A program made the position numbers and the translations under genes. From the NCBI GenBank assembly GCA_051362555.1, contig CM120649.1, positions 14,074,001 through 14,138,000 on the forward strand: a stretch of DNA of 64,000 nt, given 5' to 3'. This document shows positions 27,201 through 37,171 of the stretch, piece by piece. Within the stretch, counting starts at the first letter, position 1. Each line of letters starts with the position of its first letter. The notes under the pieces were generated by a model that was not told where the DNA came from, made no database searches, and worked only from the letters and a program-made list of their open reading frames with translations. Source of the stretch: Lingula anatina. Lineage: Eukaryota > Animalia > Brachiopoda.

Positions 27201-30200
27201 ATTTTTTGCATTTGGGAAATTTTAAGTCGAGAGTGGAATAAAGCAATGATTCTGTATCGTGACTATATTATATATCCTTAGTTTAAGAGTAGGAGTAAGG
27301 GAAAAGGCATAATTTTCCTGTTAGCAGGGTTAGGATGTCAATGCTAGCAGTAGCATTACGACCTTGTGCCTGTCACAATTCCTAAATAAATCTAAATGAC
27401 TGCTATTACAAATAACAGCAAATTTTAGCTTCCTGTAAATCTTAATTTGCTGTGAAATATGACTGGCAAACGACAAACACAATTTTTAAAATCTAAAATA
27501 TCTAAATTAAAGTTTCTTCATAATTTCTTCCTTCTTGCACAGGTAGATATACTTGATAACAAGCCAGTCATATTTGACCCTTTGCGTGACGTGAAGCTAC
27601 CTGCATGTACAGTGTTATTAACAGGTCGTTTTCAGCCATAAATTGTATGAAATGAAATCATTATGATAAATCTTACATGCATGCTCCGCTTACAGGTCCA
27701 CCCTCCTTGTGCTTGAAGAGTAGGATTTTTTTTTCTGTCACAAAAAGCACTGCAAAGTGGTGTTTTTGGGTCAAACAGAGAGTCCCATAGAAAAGAAGCC
27801 TATTTCTGATAGATTTGGAAGGCATTTTAATTAGAACAGGGTTGCTTCTCATCTAAAGGGACCTTATCACTTGGAAAGCTGTATGCAGGTTGAAGGCAAA
27901 CATTGGTGATTGAGTCACAAGATTAATGGACGTCTAGACACTGTTTGTTTTTTAGTTGTTGCACAGGTGATTTTAACCTTTGCTGCTGAGGACAGTTATA
28001 ATTTATTCGTGACAAGGTTGCTAGGCCTTGGATGCTGACCAAGATGTTTGCCAGGGAAGTTTACTGAAGCACATTTTTTTTCAGTTACATGTCTCTCTAG
28101 TCAAAATCATAGTAACGACAGTGGATTGCAGCATATTTGCAGACACTTCCTGACTTCGTTCTGCTATATCTGACATAGTATCCTAAGATTTGAAACAGCC
28201 ATCTTCTATTGTTTGATGGTGACGTGTGGATTTAAGTTATATCTTTAATGTAAATTATTGATATGATTTAATACTGTCAGACAATGGGAAACATATTGGG
28301 ATATCTTTACCAGTATGTGGGTAAGTGAGTTCATAAATTGCTTGGAGACTGATCTTGTTAATAATCATGGTAGTTTGCTTTGTGCGCATTTGTTATCAGT
28401 TGTAGTATTGTGGACGTAAGACCCCCTCTGCATCGAGTGGTATACTTTAGTGATATGGTCTGTTGCACTGAAATGTCCGAATCTATATATTACACTACAG
28501 GTTTTATTTCTCGCTTTCACAAATTTGCTTTCTAAATTTTGGGTGGAAGTTTATGGATTGGCTGTGTCTAGTGCAGGTGATCCATTAAGTTGACATTTTT
28601 ACTTTTGGTGATAGCCAGACCACCAACTTGTCAGTCACTCAAATTGTACCAGTTCAGACAGTGTAACTAAAGCATATCACTCAACATGAAAAGGACATTT
28701 GTTGAATACCTGTGACTTGCAATGTATGTATTTGCTATCAGAAGTGGAAGTGTGGATATAAGTAGGATAGCCTGACCCCTCCGTAGCTTGAAGAAAGGGG
28801 ATTCCTCAGCCTCTTATCCCATTTTTTCCATTCTGATAATTAACAAGGTAGGCCTACTAAGTATAGCCAGCACTTTCAAAAGGAAAAGATAACAATGTTG
28901 TCACGCGTCCTACATGTTTGTTTTAAATGGCATAGAACATAGATCAAATTTTAATTTAGAGTGGACCTTTTCCCAGTCAAAATAGAGGTTTGTTCGAACC
29001 CCTTGAATACCATGTCTTTGGACCTTCAGGGGTCAGCTTCAGCAAAGTACTTTAGACTTCTAGACTTCAATTTAGAATAAATGACTATTAGTATGACTAT
29101 TAGTCTAAAACAGAAGCTGTAATTTCTTTTCTTTCTTGCTAGAAAACAGGCACACTATTATATTTAATTGGACAACTTCATATTTATCTTGGGCTCAATT
29201 CCCATAGGCACCACTGGTCTACATAGATGGATCCAGCTCTGCAGGGACTCTCACTGAGTGCAGTCAGCCAGTCAAAGTAAACTAGAATTCAGATTACAGA
29301 GTTTGAACTATCTTTTGGTCGGAAGGTTCTTTGTTAAACAGGCCTCTGGTCTAAATCAATATGTTTCGCTTCTTGTTATCTGATTCAAACCAATCAAGTT
29401 GTGGTTTATAGCGTCAGGCTATTATCACAGTCCAGTTTAGTTGTTTTAGGTGGAAAAAAAGAGGGTCAACTAAAGTTGACCAAGATTTATTTATAGGCTT
29501 GTATATAAATTATTTAAAGTGAGGTATTAACTTTAAATTTATTGCTACGTACACCTATGTGAAGCATGGGTCGGTGTGAGCCTTATTTTAATAAGAGGAA
29601 AAAAGACATCTCCCCACAAAATATTTATCTGTTTTAACAGGACAGGGGCTCTCATAGCATGGGCCACCACAATGTTGTAACATACATATGCAGCAGCAGA
29701 GAAGGATAGATGTTTATCTAATGGGTTTTCCACTGTATGGACACACAGATGTAGGCGTAGCAGTTAAATAACAGCCTACACTGGGCGCGGAGGACTTGGG
29801 GATGATTTTATACATTGAGGGTATTGCTTACGGCTGAATAGAAGTTCAGGGAAGAAATAATGGCTCACTGTGCACAGATATGTGTGTCTATTTGTTGATT
29901 TATTGCACTGTGACACTACATTTGGACACAAATTGTGTACAGGCAAGTGTGAAGAGACAATGTGGCAAGCTCTCGGGGGTGATCGAGTTTATATAGAGCA
30001 TACTTCCTGTGACATGATTTCAGTGAGGATTTAGAGGTCCTGCTGACAGGTAATAGTACTGTAGGCATCTGTTGACAGTCAGTGACCAATTTTTCCACTG
30101 CTTGGTTGCACAGGTTTAAGTATGACATTGCCATATAATGGGACATTAAGCTGACGTTTTTATGTAGAACAAACTGTCTGTGATTCTACATATATGAGGG

Positions 30201-33200
30201 CAAGGAGCATGCATGTTCATTCACTTTAAACAGGATGATGTTACAGTGACTGCAGTATGGTTTAATGATATGGTCTTGTCAACTGCTGCCTGGATACACA
30301 GCTATGTCAAGGTGTGGTAATAACACAAGAAGGAAAAGTTGACCTGGAGGCGTCTGTGGAGTGATACACTATAACACAGGTGTAAATATCACAGTTGACA
30401 AACTTCAAGCTAGGGCAATTTTTTTTTGGAGGTAACTGGAGCCTCCTTTATGTTCCACAGGGAGACACACATGCCCTTTATTTTGATGGGATAATATTGA
30501 TGTAAGAAAAAGGGAAAGCACCTGCAAGGAAGTGATCACAAGGACGTGTAATGCACACATAGGACACGCCCACTGGGATATTTGTAGATGTTATTTTAAA
30601 TCAATGTTTCCCTGATAAAGGATAATGGATTTTCTGGAATGGTCGTACTCCACTAGATGATATAATACTGCCTGTTTAGTAATAAGAAGGAAGGGGAACA
30701 ACATGGTGACGGTGATCCATACAACGATGCACTTCTTGGGGCTGCTGAGGGACTCGTTTAATGCCTTCTGGTATTACCTAGGTGAGGTATCAGAAAAAGA
30801 AGTGTTTATTATGTAGAAACATGTTATAATCCCATTATTGTGGTGAAGTAGGTTTTTCATTGTTGTGTAGCGATGAGAGCTAGCTCATGTCAATAAGATG
30901 AGGTATTTCATTGTCAGTTGAATTTGTAGTGATCATGGTATATAAAAAGTCTGTATGTCACCAAGTCAGTTATAATCAAAGCCTTTGAGGCAGGGTTAAA
31001 AGATCATTTCTCACACTAAGTTGGAAACAAATCTAGTCTCTTTATAATCTATTTACTTTGTTATCAATTCCCATTTTTATATTTTAATTTTTGTTTGACG
31101 TCCAGGTTGTCAAAATCTTAGTTACACTAGGCAAAAAGTCCTTATACTTAAGCTTATACCTCTGTTTACTAGGTCTTTTATTACCTGATTTAATATGATA
31201 TAGCATGAAGTGTAAAGATACAATATAAGGGTGGTGTCCTATAATAATACATTTGGTGCAGCAATGTAATGTAGGTCAGTTAACATGAATTATAAGAACA
31301 TTGTAGCTAAAATGTAGGTCAGGTATGTATAATTAAGGATCTATTATATAATATGGTCAGGTATGTAGTGTTTAGGATATATGAATAATATATTCTAGTC
31401 AGAATGTTTGGCCAGGTTTAAAGCCTCCACGTTACAATATCCCTATGTACTATAGATTGTGATCTTGTGCCCTAGTTCAAAATTTATGTAGTGTTGTTAT
31501 GAAAATGACAACTTAGTACAGATTGTCAGGTAAAATGTTAGTTAGGAAGCACTGGCAGGGGATCCATTTGAATTTCAAGGTCAGTTTTGACATTTGGAAA
31601 ATAGGAATGGATCCCTGGTGTTAAATTTAATGTGTGACCCTCCATGGCTAGGCAGGAGACATCTTCCCAAGTGGGTTTGAATGTGTGTGAGAGACATAAC
31701 ATGAGATTGTGTGCACGTGGTTGCATGCCTGTATGTGTTTTTGCATGTGTACGGGCTGTGTCTGTGTTCAAATATTGTATGAGCCTTCTTAGTTCTTTTA
31801 TTGCTTATATATTTGGGCATACTCTTAAAAAGTGATATGTGGTTTTATCTGAATGGTTAGTTTTTCTGGTTTTTTTTTTCTTCTTTTTTTCTTGTGAAAA
31901 AAACATTAAAACCTGAACAAAAAAATATTCCAATGGAGAGAAACAAAAATTCAATATTTTTCATATTTATTTTCCCTTCCCATGAAATAATAATAAAAAA
32001 TAGAATCGTAAAGTTCAACACATTCCCATTTCCTATATGCATCCCTTTTGTGTGATTTACAGATAATTATGTGCCGTAAAAGAAAAGTGCCCACTTTTCA
32101 TTATGTAGCAAAGCCATTAAACTTCATGGTTGTTCACCAGAAAAGGCAAATGTTAACTTTTTAAAGAATAAAAGGAAAATTTTATACTTGTGAGGCACTG
32201 TGATAGCCATTAGTGTGAGACATGGAGTCTGAAATATCATAAAACAAAATACTCACTCTCTCTTTATTTTATTTTTTAGCTTTAGTCACAAAGTGAATCA
32301 GTGGGAAAGGCAAGCATAGTATAATATCATCATACAAAAAATTCTATGGTAACAGAGAATGACAGCTTTTAGTTTTATTCATTAAAAAAAAAAATCAGTG
32401 CTTCTGTTTTAAGCTTCAAGCAACATACTCTGGATATCTTATATTTGAGTGAAAATTAAAAATTTGAAAAATTAAAAATAAGAAGTATGTTTTAAAATAA
32501 ATATATAAGCATTTTTGACTGAAATTTAAATGTTTGCAAAAGTTAAGAATGAGAAATTTGATTTAAGAATATCAGTAATATACTAAGTAAAAGTTAAATG
32601 TTTGAAAAAAAAAAGTTAATTAAAAGTATGTTTTAAAAGTATCAAAAAAAAATAAGCACATTTTAAGTGCTGGGATGTGTATGTGGGCATGTATGTACGT
32701 TTGTTTTCTTGTCCATCTGTGCAGCTTCAAAGAAATACAGGTCTGTAAAAGATTCAAAAAGATGGACACAGCTTTAGATGTTTCCTGTTATGTAATGATA
32801 TTAATGACCAGTCAAATAAGTTTACACTAACACCCATGGACTTTGTAGAAACAGACATCACTATTTCATTTTTCAGAAAAAGATCAGGATATTTTCCTTA
32901 CTTGACTTCCTAGGAATAATTTCTGTTCCAAACCAATTTTAGAATTTCAGTAATGAATTTTATTTTATTTATTTTATTTTATTTGTTTGTTTTTTAAAGT
33001 GTCTTTTTATGGTTGTGATAAATGTAGGTCAAAAGCACATTAAGGAAACCATGTCAGAATGGACACGGGTCTTGTTAGGGGACATAATTAATGAGGTGTC
33101 CAATTCAACAAGGCGAAAAAGCACTGCCCAACACATTTAAAAAGGGTTTAGTTAGATTTAACAAGGGCAACAGTTGACCATGGTACTGGAAAGTAGGTAT

Positions 33201-36200
33201 TGTGCATGAAGCTGTCTTTTTTCCTTTTTTTTTTTTTTTTTTTTTTAGCATGGAAAATTAGATTTTATTATTTTATTGTAGCATTACAGTGCTTGGATCT
33301 ACTTTTGCTTGAAACTGCAAACCTAATTTTGTTTTTTCTCTAGGCCTTGGTTGGTTGAAAAAAGAATGAGAAGCATTGGCTTTTGTACTCTTGTAGTATA
33401 CTTGGATGCAATTATTGTGGGGGAAAGATATACTTAAAATATGTCACGGTAGGTAGGGGGAAAATGTATATATAACAATAGGCATTTTTTAAAGTGTGTA
33501 ATTCCTTTGTAGCTCCAACACAGGAGAGCTCCACTGGGAAACAAGACACGCCTGTCCCAGAGTCCCCAATAGTTGCCACCACAGCAACTCCCCTGGGAGA
33601 CAAGGGAAACCCTTACTATACAAGAGAACTAGACACAGAAGCTAAAGAGGGAAGTATAGCACCTCGGGTGGCAAGGGAATGTGGCGGAGATCGTGGAAAC
33701 TGGCTTTACACGCGCGAGTTGGATACAGAGGAAGAAGAGGGGGTGATAAAACCCCAAAATGCCTCAGAATGTGGCCCCAGGGAGGTAGAAGAGAATTTAG
33801 AGCCAGAAAAGGCCAGCATGACTGGGGGTGACTTAGGGAATTGGCGATATACAAAAGAGCTCAATGTATCCGCACAAGAAGAAGTGATCAAACCGTCTTC
33901 TGGGTGGGGGACAGGAGGGGGCGAAACTGACTTGATTGAGCCCAAGACAGCCTCAACCACAGGCGGTGCAGGTAACACACTTTACAGCCAAGAGCTAAAT
34001 ACATATGCACAAGAAGAAGTGATTAAACCCTCATCTGGGTGGGGGACAGGAGGGGGCGACACTGATTTGATAGAGCCCAAGACAGCCTCAACCACAGGTG
34101 GTGCAGGTAACACACTTTACAGCCAAGAACTAGATATCACTGAACTGGAAAGTAATATCATACCCACAAGAGGGGTATTAACAGGTGTTGGAGACAGAGG
34201 AGGGGTATTTTTAGGGGGCAGGGGTAGTCCCATGTACTCCCACACTTCTGGAGTCGTTGACGAGGTGATAACAGCCAAACTGGACTTCGCCACCGAGGAA
34301 GATGTGGACAGCGACTCTGCACCTGCGATCCAGGAAGACATCATCTCTTCAACCCAAGGTTCTGTCACTGGAGGGGGCCTTGGTAACACAAAATACACTA
34401 TGGAGCTTAACGCAGCGGCAGCCGAGGGTGTCATCTCACCTGCAACGGCTTGGCAAACTGGTGGAGGTGACACCTATCCCAGGGTTCCAGTGGAGGAAGT
34501 AGTGGAACCGTCGTCAACCACTGGCACTGGGGGAGGAGATGGGAATGCGCTTTACTCTCGAGAGCTTGATGTGGAGGAGGCTATCACACCTGGTCATGCC
34601 TCAATCACAGGGGATAGGGGGAATCCTGAGTATTCTAGAGAGCTGGGAGAAGGTAAGGTGTTAAGGTGTTCTGCAAAATGGTGTATTGAAGGTTAGCAAG
34701 ACAACTTATATGATTATGTAGTATAGATGTGATCTTATTAGTTTGCTTTTGTTATGCAGGCAATTGAGAATTTAAAAAAAGATAACTACTAAAAAGATAA
34801 CTACAGTTGAAATAAAAATCCATGTTTGGTATCCTAAAGTTGTTTATTTTGCATATATGCTGAGTAAGTTAAAAATTTCTAGAGTAAGTAGAAATGTTTT
34901 TTGTTTTTTTTCTTAAAAAAGGGATATTTAAGATAATAAATGAACCAAAACAAAAAGCCAAACTGTAAAGTGAGGAAGCCTACATGAAAAAATACCACTC
35001 CCTTTTTCTTTGCAAAGTTTGGAATTTTCTAACCATGCATTGTAAAACCAGATATTGTGAAAAACATTTAGTAATTTTATTTTAATATTGTTGATTATTG
35101 TCAGTTATGTAGCTATTAAGGTTATTGTCTGAGAGAAGAAATTTAAGTAATTGATTTTAATATTGTTTGAGTAAACAACATGTTACTTCAATATTTCCTG
35201 CCATCCATAACACTCTTTATGTGATGATTTCTGAAGAAATTAAAGAATATTTTTCTGCAGATGTTGATGAGAAGAATGAAGAAGAGGAAGAAGAAGATGA
35301 TGATGAAGATGATGAACAGGTTCTCTTTGAGAAGAGAGGAACTCTTTCTTACAAGGAGGGAGATAAGTGGAAGGTAGGGAATTTTCTCCCTTTCAGTAGA
35401 GCAGTTTGGAATTTGTAAACGATATCTCTGAAGAAATTAAATTAAATGTAACTATTTATCAATATAAATGTAATGGAACGAACCTTGAGTTACATCTCCA
35501 ACATGACTAGATTTGTAGATAGTTTAGTGGTTGCAAATTGATTCTGTCACATTTTCAAACTAAATGCCACTTTGTAGCATTAAAATGGAAGCTAGGTAGA
35601 TAGTACCTCATTTATTTGAAAGTAAATTCTTGCACAGAAATTGTGTTAAATGTGGTGTTTAATATTAGACTGTTGGCATGGGCAACTTCAAAGTGATATA
35701 TGATGACGACGTGAACGGCTCTCGCATCTACATGTGCTCTGATGATGACCAGATGTTATGCAGCCACCTTATTCTGCAGGAGATGAGCATAGAATGGTGA
35801 GTGGTTTCACTTTCATTTTCTGGTTTCACTTTCATTACTTGACAATTTTTTTGTAGTTCATGTTTACAGTATATTCATGAAGGAAATGTTGTTTCAGTGC
35901 TATGTTAAGATGATTCAGATTTTTGTGCCTGTGTTTCGAAATATGGGACTTTTTAAATATTTTTGCTGTATGATATAAAATTTTTTTATTTCAGTAATGA
36001 AAAACTAAAGACCTGCACCTGGGATGCCCATGACTTTGCCACAGATGAAGCTGTGAGGAAGAATTTCAGAATTCAGTTCAGCTCTGCCCAGGCTGTGAAG
36101 GAGTTTAAGGACGTGTTCAATCAGGTGAGGTGCATTATGGGTGCAAAATTATTGCCCTAAGAGTTTGTTTATCTTTAACTGGAATATCTTTTCCCCCTCA

Positions 36201-36978
36201 GTGTGTGAGTACTAGTAGTTTAAGGATGTGTTCAATCAGGTGAGGTGCATTATGGGTGCAGAATTATTGCCCTAAGAGTTTGTTTATCTTTAACTGGAAT
36301 ATCTTTTTCCCCTCTGTGTGTGAGTACTAGTAGTTGGTGCCTGTTTCCATTGTTGAATTTTTTGTCTTTATTTTATTTTCCTCCAGGGTTTAGATCTTGC
36401 CAGAGAGAGCGAGCTCTCAGAGAAGGACATCATCACAGTGCCCTCAGAGATTATGACACCAGAGGTCGCTGGTATTGGAGCGACACCTGGTGAGGAGAAT
36501 GATGTGCCTTTCTACCAGCAGGGGGCGACACTGAAGGACCTAGTGCAAGGTGGGCCCATGTTAGACTAAAGTTTTTATTTATTATTTTTGTTGTTATTTA
36601 TATATTTTTTTAATATATTTATTTTAGCGTAAAGAAAAATCAAAGTATCATAAGCCTGAACCAGTGTTTTTGTTATTTATGAATATTTTGTCAGAAGTTA
36701 ATGTCTGATTATTATGAGCAACCAGTGTAATGGACCATTCACAATGAATTTTGTCAACCTAATGTGCCCCAATATCAGCTAGACTGACAAGATTCATTGT
36801 GAGTAGTCCCTTACATATTTTGATGATGGCATCCAATATTTAAGAAATATTGTCCAAGAATATGATATTTTTATCTTTATGTTGTCATTTCTTTAAAAAA
36901 AATTTTGAAGTTGTTCTTAATTGTTTCCTCATCCTTTTTGCAGGTGCTCTAGATACAAAAGAAGAAAAAGAGGGATAA
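1737..36978 (+). CDS. RANBP2: E3 SUMO-protein ligase RanBP2 / nucleoporin Nup358 (multi-exon)
   Basis: Exon 1 1737-1814 ([12 protein letters not shown]...), exon 2 2520-2587 ([15 protein letters not shown]), exon 3 (YCALYL...[10 protein letters not shown]...AVACYK), then QKDLVLK and [10 protein letters not shown] follow the human RanBP2 TPR N-terminus. Coiled coil at about 15660-16170. Four RanBDs with WKERG, three W-x-C-x2-C-x3-N-x6-C-x2-C fingers, FG repeats and an IR module. Last exon 36944-36978 ends [11 protein letters not shown]. Not every small internal exon was resolved. Confidence 0.95.
4509..4675. mobile_element. MITE in a RanBP2 intron
   Basis: Terminal inverted repeats CTGGGACAGCGCTAGCA and TGTTAGCGCTACCCCAG; AAAAT on both flanks (possible TSD); no ORF. 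Confidence 0.65.
5632..5710. repeat. (CA)n microsatellite
   Basis: Direct reading of the sequence. Confidence 0.95.
6911..9041. mobile_element. 2.1 kb non-autonomous TIR DNA transposon in a RanBP2 intron
   Basis: 21-bp TIRs with one mismatch: CTGTCATTCTTTGCTAGTGGT (6911-6931) and ACCACTAGCAAAGAATGACTG (9021-9041). ATAA on both flanks (4-bp TSD). CpG-richer interior with no transposase ORF. Confidence 0.8.
11983..12120. repeat. Compound (GT)n/(GA)n microsatellite
   Basis: Direct reading of the sequence. Confidence 0.95.
12381..12694 (+). mobile_element. Helentron-associated non-autonomous element (HINE/DINE-like)
   Basis: 5' TTACCGATGCCAAGG..GTTATGTTTTC and subterminal inverted CCTTGGCGGAGGT. 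GTCT/GTTT microsatellite near the 5' end, internal GGTGATC..GATCACC palindrome, short 3' hairpin ending TTTTAGTT. This is the typical HINE layout. Confidence 0.75.
14905..14940. repeat. (GAAA)n microsatellite
   Basis: Direct reading of the sequence. Confidence 0.9.
17240..21394 (+). CDS. RANBP2: RanBP2 giant exon (4155 nt): RBD1, ZnF1, FG repeats, RBD2, ZnF2-3, FG repeats, start of RBD3
   Basis: Inside ORF 17154..21398, bounded by TTTTATAG| and AG|GTAAGG. Contains [18 protein letters not shown] RanBD motifs, GFKFG/GFVFG repeats and WECxxCxxxN fingers. Confidence 0.95.
22921..23106 (+). CDS. RANBP2: RanBP2 IR (SUMO E3 ligase) module exon followed by a GC-AG intron
   Basis: [46 protein letters not shown] resembles RanBP2 IR1 (VLIVYELTP...KLKLPPTFFCY). 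The only phase-compatible donor is AAG|GCAAGT at 23107. Confidence 0.8.
24210..24280. repeat. (CT)n(CA)n microsatellite
   Basis: Direct reading of the sequence. Confidence 0.9.
24460..24602. mobile_element. Small MITE-like inverted-repeat element
   Basis: AATTAAGGCTGGACCG ... CGGTCCAGCAACTAATT inverted repeat around a GC-richer core in an AT-rich intron. Confidence 0.45.
25995..27624 (+). CDS. Candidate three-exon alternative 5' module of RanBP2 (25995-26033, 26962-27051, 27543-27624)
   Basis: ATG in good context, donor ACA|GTAAGT (phase 0). 90-nt exon TTTCCTACAG|...CAG|GTAAAC, open, phase 0-0. 82-nt exon CTTCTTGCACAG|...ACAG|GT, phase 0-1. Joined peptide: [70 protein letters not shown]. 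Confidence 0.55.
28284..28320 (+). CDS. Candidate alternative first coding exon with an N-myristoylation-type peptide [12 protein letters not shown]
   Basis: ACAATGG Kozak context, 12 codons plus 1 nt, then consensus donor G|GTAAGT. Phase 1 matches the acceptors at 33513 and 35261. Confidence 0.6.
30703..30781 (+). CDS. Candidate alternative first coding exon with amphipathic peptide [26 protein letters not shown]
   Basis: AACATGG Kozak context, 26 codons plus 1 nt, donor TAG|GTGAGG (phase 1). TATA-like ATATAATA about 40 nt upstream. Confidence 0.6.
33513..34652 (+). CDS. Symmetric (phase 1-1) 380-codon exon encoding an unrecognised acidic Gly/Thr-rich repeat domain
   Basis: Within ORF 33494..34696, bounded by TTCCTTTGTAG| and GAAG|GTAAGG. 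Eight GNxxY[ST]xEL units and about 12 [IL]xPxxxxx[TC]G units, with a 135-nt internal tandem duplication starting at 33872 and 34007. Confidence 0.85.
35261..36124 (+). CDS. RANBP2: Degenerate fifth Ran-binding (PH-fold) domain; exons 35261-35373, 35669-35796, 35995-36124
   Basis: [65 protein letters not shown] keeps the RanBD pattern but lacks WKERG and RREQ. Confidence 0.8.
36102..36331. repeat. 115-nt tandem duplication spanning an exon end and its donor site
   Basis: AGTTTAAGGA(C/T)GTGTTCAATCAG|GTGAGGTGCATTATGGG... starts at 36102 and again at 36217; the copies are near-identical. Confidence 0.9.
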
Positions 36979-37171
36979 AAAGATTCAATTTAAACACAGA
37001 ATGATAAATATTCACTTGTTAACAACAGCTGTTACAGGAACCCTATCGCCTGTCTACGTTTCAAGCACAGTGCTGTTTACATGCATATTATCTGACAAAA
37101 CTTTATGGAATTCAACAGGCAATTTTGACTTGGATACAAACTCAGTTTTTATCAGTATCACAATTATGGAC

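Noticed and set aside
29227-30049. Further possible alternative exons ([16 protein letters not shown] plus EDLEVLLT|GTAATA; MILYIE|GTATTG)
   Set aside because: Weak donors or acceptors and a poor polypyrimidine tract; cannot be distinguished from chance without transcripts.
31270-31410. Degenerate repeats of GGTCAGGTATGTA (nuclear-receptor half-site or donor-like)
   Set aside because: Only 3-4 poorly conserved copies with no upstream ORF or acceptor; function unsupported.
33513-34652. Repeat exon as a RiPP (graspetide/microviridin-like) or neuropeptide precursor
   Set aside because: No signal peptide, no dibasic cleavage sites, no TxKYPSD-type core and no modifying enzyme nearby. It is flanked by in-frame splice sites of an intracellular protein.
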